Shown: piece after piece, positions 40,593 through 53,350 of the stretch | Numbering within the stretch: position 1 is the first letter of the stretch | How the letters are laid out: each line of letters starts with the position of its first letter | Assembly: GCA_002633005.1 (NCBI GenBank) | Contig: NMRA01000522.1 | Coordinates: 1-64,000, forward strand | DNA length: 64,000 bases | Reading direction: 5' to 3' | Origin: Phoronis australis | Lineage: Eukaryota > Animalia > Phoronida | Notes under the pieces: generated by a model | The model's input: the letters and a program-made list of their open reading frames with translations, nothing else | Told to the model about the DNA's origin: nothing | The model's database searches: none | Position numbers and translations under genes: made by a program

Positions 40593-40764
40593 TGCGACTG
40601 TAACTAACTTGCAACAGAAACTAGAAACAACAAATGCCAACAATACTCTCCTTAAGGAGGACCTGGCCATAACTAAGAACCAGCTGTTAGCCTTGCAGAC
40701 AGAGAATGCAACACTTAAACAGGAGAATGAGCTGACCGTGATGGACCATCAGAAGAAATTGGAT
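40593..40764 (+). CDS. RUFY2: RUFY exon 8 (coiled coil): ATVTNLQQKLETTNANNTLLKEDLAITKNQLLALQTENATLKQENELTVMDHQKKLD
   Basis: Acceptor tttccag and donor GTAAGA, 172 nt, phase 2-0. Heptad pattern. Confidence 0.94.
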
Positions 40765-41028
40765 GTAAGACACATTTTTCTCGTTAATTTGGAAAATTCA
40801 AGAGCTATGTGTATTTCCCTTTTCCAACAGTTTTAAAATCTTGAGACATGTACAGTAGATCCCAAAGTGGATGATGAACTCTGGGGGTTCCATTTAAGGC
40901 CATTTGGTGATTTCAGTTACTGTTTCACCAATGTACTAAACACCTATATAGTGATATCTCTTCTGCTCAGTTTGTGACTACTGACACCCTCTGTTGGTGT
41001 TATTGCATCATTTATCTCTGTCATTCAG

Positions 41029-41091
41029 TCGGCTAAACATGGCAGCCCACGTAATAGTCCGCGAAGAAGTCCTCGTCGTACAACAGTTAAG
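41029..41091 (+). CDS. RUFY2: Candidate 63-nt cassette exon of RUFY: SAKHGSPRNSPRRSPRRTTVK
   Basis: Pyrimidine tract plus cattcag acceptor and donor AAG|GTATAC. Phase 0-0 and open in the RUFY frame. Its first 11 nt are identical to the start of exon 9. Confidence 0.6.
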
Positions 41092-41458
41092 GTATACCTG
41101 ATGTTGTTACCAGGCATGCAATTAATGTGCACGTGTATGTATTAGTTGTCTTATGTATATCTCTTTTGTGTGTGTGTTATGATCAACATCCTTTCCTATG
41201 AGTGACAGAGTCCCACTTATGTTAATATTAGTACGCGTAGTTTGTGTTATATGCAATTTGTAATATTGTTAAATATTTTTAGTTTTAAACTATTTTCAAT
41301 TTAACTGAGCAGCTTTATTGCCAAAGATTGTAATTGTTTGAACACTTTAAATTATACTAAATATCAACCCATGAAACCATGCACAGTATATGGTGTAGAC
41401 CAGAGAAATGTCCCATGGCAGAATGGCTGTATTCGTGACTTTTTTCTAAATCATTATA

Positions 41459-42987
41459 CAGTATTTGCCGTAATAACCGCTTATGCCCCTATAAGCGCCC
41501 CCACGCGTTTTCAGACTTTGCTAAAATAAGCGCCCAGTCCATCTACATGTATGTTCGGAAAATGCCTTACCTACAGTCCTAAAATTCTACAGTAACGTCT
41601 TCAATTTATCAATAATATCCGACAGTCCTGAAAAAAATCACTGTGCGCAGAATTTGTAGACCACGAGCCTCGCCGCTATGTCGGTATTTAGCCGTGACTA
41701 TATACTTCAAACTTCCGCCATGCCTCAAAACGAACACAAAAGTTCTGTTGATATTGCGAGGACCAACGGTCTGGCCTTTCAGAACAGAAGTAGTGTACTT
41801 GTTTACGAGATTGCTTTGTTGATATTTCCCGCTTTCAACAGGAATCCAAATTTCTTTGTAGGCCTACATGTAAAATCGCGAATCGAAGGCTAATAAAAAG
41901 CTTGAGTGGCCAGTGTTAAAAGCACGTGGCCAGGAAGCGCGCGCTACATATATGAACCTGTCATCAAAGACATTAATTGGGAACTATCCATTCATGAAAC
42001 GGGTAGCATAGCATCGGCAAGAAATGAATATTGCCAATAATTTCAGACAGTTTCTGATACTATAAAAAATGTTTGCGTTATTTTTAAGATGAATTGTTTG
42101 ATTAACCATAATTGGTGTTTTTAAGCCAAATATCCGATAAATTGACCACTGACATTGAATGCTTACACACCCTTACACCGAAAAATAATAGTCAGATAGT
42201 CACGTACGCCGCATCCAACCACATGGCAACTAAGATGGCCTTACCAAGACAAATGTCAAACGTTTTTAGTGACATGAGACCGGCAAGTGCTGAATGAAAC
42301 ATGCTCTGGTTTAGGCCTACCGCTTGTGCAAATTTCTTTAGATACAATGCACATCTAGCTCGTTAGATTGCGTGGCTGTGGCCAAAAGACGGTATCTGCT
42401 CTGGCAAATGAACTCTGGTGACACGCACGCACTCGCTTCATTTTACTCACAAACGCAGACAACTTCAAAACAAACGTATCATGACAACAACATGTGTGTT
42501 CGTCCAGACATTTTTCTCATGTTGCTTATCATACATGTAGATGGCACAATGTAATAGCACAGATTTGTACTTAAACCTGCCGTGATCCATACTCCACGGG
42601 AACTTAAAAATATTAGGGACGCTACTTGGAAAACTTAAGGAGAATTTCAGGTAATTTGCTTGAGTTGAAACTGTATTTTTATTCAAGCATTCAAGTCACC
42701 ATATCGACGATTGCGAGGCAGGCAGTCGGCGAGTTTTCACCCTGGGATTTCAGCACAGATTTCTGTAAAATGATTGTATTTTAGCAGCAAAGTTTGATAG
42801 CAATGCACCATGGTTTTGTAGAAAGTCTTTTCGTAGATTACAGATACGTCACAGAACGTAAATATCATGAATTCCGATTTCACCCGTTTCGGAGACGGGG
42901 TTTCAACGGCCTTGGGTTATAATAAGCGCCCCCCCCCCTGAAACGAACTTTTCTAAGCGCCCTGGGCGGTTATTACGACAAATACGG
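41459..42987 (+). mobile_element. TA-flanked TIR element, ~1.5 kb
   Basis: 22-bp TIRs CAGTATTTGCCGTAATAACCGC / CCGTATTTGTCGTAATAACCGC (20/22) with TA flanks. No long ORF. Confidence 0.9.
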
Positions 42988-43617
42988 TAGTAGTTTACGG
43001 CAAATGAGATTGCTTAACTTCAGATGTTTGATAATTCCTGTTTCTGTATTCTTATACTTTCAAAAAGTTGCCAAAAACTTTTCACTGAATGTTGAACTCT
43101 TTATTTTGAGCATCCTGTTCTATGGGTAAAAAGCTTAGATAATTGTCTTGTAGCAAAAAGAACAGAAATAATAGAAAATATTTTGCATCTGAACAAACAA
43201 AAGACAATGTTTGGAATGACCTTCTGATATTGAAAAACTATGATGGAGGTTATTATTCTTCCATTGAGGTTCTTAATGCAAATAAGGTACTGTTTCCTGA
43301 GTTACAGTTACTACTTCCTAAAATCCCACCCCGTAACCCTTGGTAACAAAATCCAGCTGCTGTTTCCTTAATTTTAAAGACAAATTTTTCTTCTCCTTTT
43401 GAACCTACTAAAAACTAACTGAAATCAAAGAATGCTTTTCAAAAATTATTTTGTGACATCTGAATATTTAATAGAATGTCGAGTAATCTTAATGTCTTGA
43501 CCTCTTTATGTTCTTCTTAATTTACTCCTTAAGATTTTAGTGTTAGTACAACAACTGTACTGTATAACACCATGTTGTATTACTTTCTTTAGTTGTTGCA
43601 TGCTCTTTTGTTCATAG

Positions 43618-43734
43618 TCGGCTAAACAAGATATCGATGTGGAGCGCGAAGTGTATCAGACGTCCCGTGCAGGCCTCGATTCGTTGTATTCTGATACCAA
43701 AAAACAACTTGATGAGGAAACTCAACTGAGACTA
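43618..43734 (+). CDS. RUFY2: RUFY exon 9: SAKQDIDVEREVYQTSRAGLDSLYSDTKKQLDEETQLRL
   Basis: Acceptor ttcatag and donor GTGAGT, 117 nt, phase 0-0. Resembles the RUFY YxxSRxGLDxMY segment. Confidence 0.95.
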
Positions 43735-43778
43735 GTGAGTGTGATGATAGTTTGACCAAAGGTCACACTTTGTGCATA

Positions 43779-43978
43779 TTGGGTTATTATGGGATCTTAC
43801 CTTTAACTTATGTGTGACGCATATCTAACGTATTTATGATCACATTGGGTTATTATGGGATCTTACCTTTAACTTATGTGTGACGCATATCTAACGTATT
43901 TATGATCACATTGGGTTATTATGGGATCTTACCTTTAACTTATGTGTGACGCATATCTAACGTATTTGTGATCACTTT
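43779..43978. repeat. Tandem repeat, 66-bp unit, 3 copies
   Basis: ttgggttattatgggatcttacc... starts at 43779, 43845 and 43911. Confidence 0.95.
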
Positions 43979-44544
43979 GGAGCATTCAATATGTATGAGG
44001 TGCATATGATTTGCCTATGCAGTGTGCAACACTATTTCTTCTTACTATATATGCAGTGCATATAGTCAGTGTATTCAAAACACAGCCAAATTATGCTGAC
44101 CACAAACCTGATACCATGGCATTTGCTGTCAGTTAGCTCAGTGTATTTACACTGTAAGTACGCTAGTTATACGTCCATTACATGTGGCTCATAGCTCGTG
44201 GGAGAGATCAACCTTTTACCACGTATGAGTCACTGATTCCTCTCAAACATATGAAGTGTTCTTAACATGCTTGATTGATGCACGACCAATCCACTGCATA
44301 TTTATAACTGTGGGCTGCGTAACGCCATATGCAGTGTAGTTTTGTGCACGCCCATACCTGTCAAACGTACTGGGCCATACCGTATGCATGCTGGCAGACA
44401 TAAAATTGACACAAACAATCGAGATGCATATCAGGTACATATTGTGTGTCTGACTGATGCTTATGGATGTACAAAATATGAGGAATAAGGATTTGCACAA
44501 GTGTGACAAGGCCTTAATAAGTAATGTATACTGTATCATAAATG

Positions 44545-45820
44545 CTTTTATTGCATCCGCACATATCTGTGTCTGTCTGTCTGTGTGTCTGTCTGTCTGT
44601 GTGTCTGTGTGCGTGCGGGCGTGCGTGTGTGTGTGTTCTCAGTGACACGAAGGTGTCAGTAGAATGCTGCATGCCACTTTTGAATCTGCCCCGCCTCCAG
44701 GACCAGAGGCGATGGGAGTTTTCAGTGTTTTTAGGGATCATATCTAGAGAACCAATGGAAAGAATTCAATGAAACTTGGTACACACAGAGGTATGTGACA
44801 ACAATGCACAGGCTCCAGTTGATTTTTTTGAGCAGATTGATCACTACAGCTCCTCATACTGGTCATTTTGTTCTCAACAAGGGACTTTTTTATCAGTAGT
44901 TTTGGGGAGATGAGTGTTTCCTGAAGATTTCTTACTAGAGAACTAATTGTTAGATTTTAATCAATCGTGACACAGAGACACGTTATTACAATTCACCGGG
45001 AACCAGGTGATTTGAGACAGATTCAACCTTTATAGAATCCTCTTGTGGCCATTTTGGTCTTGACAAGATGTTTTTCACTCTTTTAGGAAAGTGGGCCAGG
45101 GTTGGGGCATTTTAGTATTTCTTTAGATGAGCTGTTCGGGGTGATATCTAGAGATCTGATTGGCGAATTTCAGTGAAACAGTGACATGCAATTATGATGT
45201 TCCATCACAAGTCAATTGTGGGATGAGTTGGACCTCTTTAGTACCACACAGTGGCTTTTTTGGTCTTGACATTGGGCTTTTTTGGTCTTGACATTGGGCT
45301 TTTTTGGTCTTGACATTGGGCTTTTTAGTATTGTTGGGAAGACGAGTGTTTCTGGTGATATCTTGAAAAGGGATTGACGGATTTCACTGGAGCTAGTTGA
45401 TTTTCAGGAGGATTTGACTACTGCAGCACCCCCTGGTGGCAGTTCTATTTTGCATGTGATGGCATCTATCAGTTTTGAACATATTCCAGTCATTGCTCTG
45501 CCTATTTTCTGTCTATCTTTGTGTCTGCCAGTAACCTCATGATTGTTCATTATGAAGTATACTAGACCTGATTTTTGGATACCCAGTGTCCCTTTGTGGC
45601 ATGTTTTATTTCTATGTTGCAAATGCCATCAACTGTTTATTTATATTTTGATTTTATGTTAGTTTTAAATGGTTATGCACCAACACTTTTTTCAATTTTG
45701 ACTTGCAGCTCACCCTTGTGTTCAAATTGTCTCCTTTTACATTTCATGAACCTGATAAGCACCCCTAGAAACATACCGTTAGTGGTACACTGTGGGCGCA
45801 TATCAATGCTTCAACTCTTT
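44545..45820 (+). mobile_element. Older DINE-1-like element related to family B
   Basis: (GTCT)n/(GT)n microsatellite near the 5' end and degenerate internal repeats. The 3' subTIR TGTGGGCGCAT (45791-45801) is the reverse complement of the family B 5' subTIR. Confidence 0.6.
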
Positions 45821-46098
45821 TGATTTTAAAAAAACTACCCAATGCAAAATGTAAGATGAATTGTTTACAAAATCAGGATAAACTCTTCCCAGTGTATTGT
45901 AGTTTTTCATGATTATGACAATTTTCTACTAATTCAGGCAAAGGTTAACTCAAAAATTTATGTGTGTTCCAAAAGTACATTGCTTGGTGATATTTTTTGT
46001 CGAATGTGGTCTTGAGTTTTCCACAATCTCCAAATGTCAATCAAGAGTAATCGATGAAGCTCTAATGTCTTGCAAATTGGGATTCTATTTGACCACAG

Positions 46099-46266
46099 GA
46101 TGTTGAAAAGGAGCTACAGCTACAGATAAGTATGAAGGCTGAGATTGAGATGGCCATGAGACTACTTGAGAAAGATATCCATGAGAAGCAAGACTCTATT
46201 GTCTCACTACGTAAGCAGCTGGACGATGTAAAGAAGATCAATATTGAAATGTACCAGAAGTTACAG
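46099..46266 (+). CDS. RUFY2: RUFY exon 10: [56 protein letters not shown]
   Basis: Acceptor ccacag and donor CAG|GTATAC, 168 nt, phase 0-0. Contains the [11 protein letters not shown] and [10 protein letters not shown] motifs of RUFY2. Confidence 0.97.
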
Positions 46267-47416
46267 GTATACTGTGAGAGTTTGTTAGTAGATTATAGCT
46301 AGAGGTGTAACTAATACACCTTTTGGCTGGAGCAACAGTCTGTTATTGTACTGCCTAAGGGGTTCTTACATGGTTAGCACATGTGTACCATTCTGCTCTG
46401 TTGGCTCTTCTTTTTTCACAGCCAGGTTGCCTACAAAACTTCAGCTGCTATTGAATTTCCTATGAAAGGGTTTATTTTATTGGTTGGAAGGTTCATATTT
46501 GCTATTTAACACCACAGAAACATTTCAGGTCTATAGTCCAATTGCTCTATTGTTATTTCAATTATTAAAAACATATTGTAGGATTTAAAACCCCTACAAA
46601 AAATTATGTTATGAGAAAATCTACAAGGGGTGACATTTTCATAGGAGCTCCCAATAAATGTGTCCGTTTGAGGTGTGCTCTTTAAAAGCATGTGGTTTAC
46701 CTTATTGACTCCTTAAAATATAGATACACTAATTCCCCAGTTGCATTATCCTGTTCAAAATATAGTGGGGTACCCTCAAGATTACCAGTTGTGAGACAGT
46801 TGTGCATTTTAACTTTGTTCCATGTGGTAATTTTGAAATTTATTCTTCCATGTTTGCACAAAGATATTTCTGCTTCTGTATGATCAGTGCAGACAAACAA
46901 GCTGAAGCCAATCTGGTAAGAGTACTACTACAACTTCAACTGATATTATATCACACTATATTAAACAATATGCCAAAACCTCTAATTTCAATTTTGTTTG
47001 TGATTGAAACACTGGAGAAACCTACAAATATACTTAATGTTATGCTTCATAGTAAAATATCCCGTTTTTTTCATGAATTGTAAAAATATTCTTCATTCTC
47101 CATTAAACTCATTTAAAGTAGCCTACATACTGTCATGAATTATTGTGGCATTCCTGGATATTGTCATTAAAAAATCACCAAAACTTATTCTCACCTGCTT
47201 ATTAGCATATGTACCTTAAATTTGCTTTGTTATCTAAACAGCCTACCTAATTCATCTTCAATTCATGTGTCGTATGTGAACTGGACATCTGGGTGAAAAT
47301 GGGTCGTTTCCTGTTTAGTTGTCTAACACTTCTCTCCACTTAGCATGGTCAGCTTATAAGGGTAGTTATGGTCATCACCAAGTGGGAATCCATTTAAAGG
47401 AATATCATCTGTATTA

Positions 47417-50119
47417 CTGTAAACTCGTGTGTCGATGACCATGCCCATGTAATTGTCCATCCCCGACTTTTGGTCAATTTTCGGTTTTAAGCACCCACTG
47501 CTTGAGTAATCACCCATCCCCTACTTTGTGCAAATTTCCCCTAAGCATCCACTGCTTGAGTATTCTCCCGTCCCCTACTTTGTTCACATTTCCCCTAAAC
47601 GCCCACCTTTCAGGTAATCCCCCATCCCCTACTTTGTTCACATTTCCCCTAAGCGCCCACCTCTCAGGTAATCGCCCATCCCCTACTTCGTTCACATTTC
47701 CCCTAAGCGCCCACCTCTCAGGTAATCACTCATCCCCAACTTACTGCTTACAGAACTTGAGCTTGAACTCAGTGGCTTTGTTCACAGCTTCGCCTCAGAC
47801 TCACACTTCCGTGTTTGCAGAAACACGGCGTGCTTATACCTGCGTACAATTGTTTCGAAAAGTGCGTTTTCAGCCAGAATTTGTTTAATAACTCAAGCGC
47901 TGCAAATACCTTTTTTTACACTAATCAACTTATCGTTTGTTAAATTAATATAGGCCTACTCCGTAGATTTTTATAGAAGTGGCGCTAGTCTACTACGAGA
48001 TTAGTCATTGTTCAGAGATTAAATGTGGACGCCCCCTTGTGATGAAATGGCATATTTTTTGCGACAAGCTCATAAATTGATATTCATAGCCTACCAGAAT
48101 GTGCTCCCATTCGTGGAACCACAACAGTCTTGGGTCACGTGTTCCAAACACTCACCCCAGGAGATTTCTTTTAAAACGTACTGATTAAGTTAACGATTTG
48201 TCACCCTGATTTTGGAAAAAAGACAATTCCCACTTACAGCTTTCTATTACCGCCCCGGTATTTTGGTTGTTTGGTGAAAGAAAAAACATGTTAAAAATCC
48301 TTACAAGCAAAAACCCACTGGAGCATTCAGGAATGTCTTTTTAACAAACTAACTTGATGGCGACCGCGGAGCTGGTATTTCGCTTTTTTCTCTGCCCTCA
48401 TCCTTGCATTGCGTCGGTAAACCCACGGTGAGAAATAATAATCTGGATCAGACTGTGAAGTTATTCGCACGTTGAAGTTGAAGGAAAACTTACATTTGAG
48501 GCCACAGGTAGGAAGGGACTGCGTGTGGATCTGCCACCTAGAGGAAGGCAAACCTTAAGATGCAAACGGTGTCAAAGTCCGTAATTGTGGCGGATGGGGG
48601 GGGACTGTTGGACACGTTCCGAGAGGACTGTGCAAATTATTTCATTCACGTAGTATGACAGAAACTCGTGCTGTGTTCTTGGGCAACACGGCGCCGCAAG
48701 ACATGGGCGGGGTGGAACCATTAGCTAGACGCAGCTAACTTTATGAAGTTTCGTGTTCAAAGGGATTTTGTTCAAATTTCACACAACATCAAATAATATG
48801 TTGACATTGACATGATATACATGTGGTTCTTTAGAGTTAGATCTTTATTTCTACACTGTTTGAAACTTGAAAGTTGATGCAAATTGTTTTATGTAAAACT
48901 GCATTCATGTTCGGATATTGTGCCCTGTGAATAGATGTTGAACAGTGTTACTGGTATTTGTATTTATGTAACGCGTCTTTCCTTTTTAGTGTACTTAATT
49001 GCCATAACAGTACATGGTGGTATTACGAACCTTAGGTCTAACAACCATGAGAAAACAGTGTTTAATGTAGGTATCCTTATTATGAAATAGAAATCAAAAC
49101 AGTTACGCTCTATGTTATGGCATACGGGACTATGCAGTCATTGGAATTTTTACAGTGGGGCTTCGGAAAGCACCTGATAGAAGCCTACTTACGACGTCCT
49201 GTTCGTCACCAAGGTAGGATTGTCTAGGTGACAAATTTTCAAATTACCTCATCTGAATTTATTTTTTGTATCAGGCACCATTTTCAATGCTTATTCGAGT
49301 TCAGTAGACCAACAAGTTTTTAGTGTTTGGCGAGAACAGGAGAAAAACTTCAAGACATCGCCATGTATTTTCAGACGATGCACGTGATTTTGCTAGTTTT
49401 CTCCTGAGTTGACCGAGATTTGAATTGAACCCCCTCTTGTTGTAGTTGCTTTTGTAGAGCACGTGAGATTTATCTCGTGGGTCAACCCAGATTTAAATTG
49501 AGCAATTATTCACACAACCCTCTCGTCGTATAATTGCAAACGGTTTGTGTCAGCCGGGAACGAATTGTTTGTGTTTTTAATCCAGTGCCAGATAAACTAA
49601 TCAGTGAATGGAAAGTTTATCGGGTTTAATACACAGGTGACATTAACAACGAGGAGACGGGAGTGTAAGAGTTCTAACCAAATACAGTCGTACGAACAAC
49701 ACTAACAATACAATGGCGCAGGTAATGAAATATAGTCCCGTTCACTGATTTGAAATAGTACTTACTGATACGGTAAGTGGACAGTCATTCAAGCTTCATA
49801 AAGCTACTTGGTATGACATTTTGCAACGTCTTAATATTTTTGAAAACATCTGAGTTTTTAACAAAGTTCTCTTGAAACCATCCTTTCAAAGTGAAAATCC
49901 TATTTCTGTTTGAGCCGTGAGAAACTTTGTGGTTGTCGGGCTCCGCTGATAAACTGAACTCAGGAGCTCCGTGCTCGAATGAAAGCCGAAAGCCCCGCGT
50001 GCTTGCCCAGTTCGGTTGAAACTTGGACGTAAGCGCCCACCTCTTGGGTAATCGCCCACTCCCCTGCCAAAAGTTTTCCCCAATTTAAGCGCCCAGGGCG
50101 TTAACCCACAAGTTTACGG
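47417..50119. mobile_element. Larger (~2.7 kb) degenerate TIR element of the same CCGTA-ended type
   Basis: Ends CTGTAAACTCGTG / CACAAGTTTACGG. Subterminal ~57-bp repeats with TAAGCGCCCAC at 47480-47740. It splits a unit of the 110-bp tandem repeat. Confidence 0.65.
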
Positions 50120-50124
50120 TTTGT

Positions 50125-50575
50125 ATCATAATTTGCATCAACACCAAGAGTATGATATTAAGCCTAGTATACTTATAAGAGTGGTTATGGTCATGGCCTA
50201 GTGGGAACCCACTTGAAGGATTATCACGTTTAGTGTCATAATTTGCATCAACACCAAGAGAATGATATTAAGCCTAGTATACTTATAAGAGTGGTTATGG
50301 TCATGGCCTGGTGGGAACCCACTTGAAGGATTATCATGTTTAGTGTCATAATTTACATCAACACCAAGAGTATGATATTATAAGAGTGGTTATGGTCATG
50401 GCCTGGTGGGAACCCACTTGAAGGATTATCACGTTTAGTGTCATAATTTGCATCACACCAAGAGAATGATATTAAGCCTAGTATACTTATAAGAGTGGTT
50501 ATGCCCATGGCCTGGTGGGAACCCACTTGAAGGATTATCACGTTTAGTGTCATAGTTTACATCAACACCAAGAGT
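50125..50575. repeat. Tandem repeat, ~110-bp unit, ~4 copies
   Basis: tcataatttgcatcaacaccaagag...gtgggaacccacttgaaggattatca repeated. Confidence 0.92.
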
Positions 50576-50736
50576 ACACTTCAGTGTACTGATTTTCAGG
50601 CGTTAATTTTCTTTAAGTTGAGCACTAGATCTAAAGATCTAACTTGAAAATGTGTTTGCTGTAAACCCCAGGCCTGTAACTGCACCAGGGTTGTTCAGAG
50701 CATGATTCCTATGGAGATAAAAATAAGTGGAAACTT

Positions 50737-50948
50737 ACTAAGCATTGTACAGGGCTACTGACTAAGCATTGTACAGGGCTACTGACTAAGCATTGTACAG
50801 GGCTACTGACTAAGCATTGTACAGGGCTACTGACTAAGCATTGTACAGGGCTACTGACTAAGCATTGTACAGGGCTACTGACTAAGCATTGTACAGAGCT
50901 ACTGACTAAGCATTGTACAGGGCTACTGACTAAGCATTGTACAGGGCT
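50737..50948. repeat. Minisatellite, 24-bp unit, ~9 copies
   Basis: Unit actaagcattgtacagggctactg. Confidence 0.95.
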
Positions 50949-52840
50949 TAACTGCCTGTAACCATAGGAGAGTGTAATCAAAAGTTGACTATTCAGTATT
51001 TCTTGTATGCAGCCAAGTGAGAAGGTGGAAAGCATGCCTTGTTTTCTGACAGATAATTAAAAAATACCATGTCACAGCACACTCAGTTCTCAGAAATCCA
51101 AGCCTGTCTCAAAATCTTGTTCAGTCTAGGGACAGGTTTAAAAGGTCAACTTGGCAAAAACTATTTTATTTGTATAAATATTTGGTGCCTTCCAAACATA
51201 AAATTTATAACGTTTTTCCCAAATACAATACCTTTGGTTCATTTGTTATATTTATTTTGTGGAATTGGTACGTCTACCACCCTCACTACTCATCTGACTG
51301 TGCTTTATTTACAATATGATGTAAACAGACTCGAGTCAGAATTGTTTGGCAAAAATCAGCAGAACAAATGCACAAACATTTTTTTGTTTATTTTCTCCTT
51401 AGGTAAGAGCTGATTGGGAAAGTTGTCATAATGCCCACAATTTATCCCCATTTTCACGTTCAATTACAGAAACAAAAAAATTTGAAAATAGATGTGGTAG
51501 ACTGTGGCCCTTCAAGCCCTTTCGCAGTTCCAGCTGACCCACTTTTTCATTTTCATATGACAACCAAGTTTTAATCAAACCCGTCCCTGGGGTTTGTGGA
51601 GGCCAGGTCGCACTTCCACAAGTTGTTGCTAAGCTAAGCGTTGGGCCCTACAGTACCAAACATGTTTGCAGGTGTTCTGGCAATATATCTATGAATTTTA
51701 CACTGTAATTCAGATATTTTTATGACTTTTTATTGTTGATCCACTAAAAGTAATCAAGCGTAATCAGGTAAACATCGGAACCAACGTTTGAAAATTACTT
51801 TCTTAAAATAGACGCCTTTGGTGTATGAACCTCATTTGCTTTTTTGCCGTGGCAACCATTAGATTACAAAAACAAGAAATTGAGCAGTTCGTAGTGTGAT
51901 GTTTCTACGTTTCCTTGAGTCGTCAAGCTACGTGAGAGGTTACATCCAGTGATTGCCTTGGTTGTGGCACTCAGTCGACTTGGTTTATGGTGTTGATCAT
52001 TGCATGCGAATATGAACAGCGTTGACGTTTGTATTCAGTAGAAATGGTTTGCTCTAAGGCTTATGGAAAATCCAGGCATGCGTTGGCAATAACGGACCTG
52101 CAACTGCCTTAGTTGGGACATTTATAAAACTGATGCCTGGCTCTGCCCCTGTTAATACTGTTGTGTAGTTGTGAAGTATTCAAATTCACGATAACATGCC
52201 AGTGCCTCTCTATGAGTTTTGCTGTAACTTTATTGCAATAGAAAAGTATTCTCGAACAACATCAATCAGTTTATTCGAATCTAATCATAATTAAAAATTA
52301 GCAGCCACTAATCAAGCATTGCCTTGCACCTAATTCCTTTTAGAAGTAATTAATAAGTTGTTAGTGTAAATTAGAAAAGAAATCATTAGACAATCATTAA
52401 AATCCGATTCAGGCTAATAACTAGTCATTTACTCTTTGAGAGTATAATGCTGAAATTGTTGAGACTTGCAATAAATACACCACCTGTTCAATTAGCTCCA
52501 TTTGTACATTAGACATCAAAAGTTAAGTTCCATTTGCTGTGGACGTAACATGACTTGCCTTTTACCACAAAGAATTTAAAGGAGGAAATGTTGTAATTGG
52601 TGCAGTAACTTTGTCATTTAATAGCTTTTTCTTTGCTTAACTTTCTGAAACAATCTGGAGATGATTGACAAAGTAAACAGTTCAACAATTAGAGTAATTG
52701 TTTATGCAACCTTTCGTTTGCATTGTATTAAAAGTGAAAAGTTTTAACAAGCTCTCTGGTGGTCACGTAACATTCATAAATGCATACATGATGTGTCATC
52801 TTAATTTTCTAACTTCGCAGAAACAGATTCCTCTGAGCAC

Positions 52841-53350
52841 ATTGCCACATGAACTACATGTGATTTGCAGATTACTACATAAACTACATGTAATCTGCAG
52901 ATTGCCACATAAACTATATGTGATTTGTAGATTACTACATAAACTACATGTAATCTGTAGATTGCCACATAAACTACATGTGATCTGCAGATTACTACAT
53001 AAACTACATGTAATCTGCAGATTGCCACATAAACTACATGTAATCTGCAGATTGCCACATAAACTACATGTAATCTGTAGATTGCCACATAAACTACATG
53101 TAATCTGTAGATTGCCACATAAACTTTATGTGATCTGCAGATTACTACATAAACTACATGTGATCTGCAGATTACTACATAAACTACATGTAATCTGTAG
53201 ATTGCCACATAAACTATATGTGATCTGCAGATTACTACATAAACTACATGTAATCTGTAGATTGCCACATAAACTATATGTGATCTGCAGATTACTACAT
53301 AAACTACATGTAATCTGTAGATTGCCACATAAACTACATGTGATCTGCGA
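52841..53350. repeat. Minisatellite, 30-bp unit, ~17 copies
   Basis: Unit att(gc/ac)(c/t)acataaactacatgt(a/g)atctg(c/t)ag. It explains the 237-aa and 175-aa ORFs. Confidence 0.96.
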
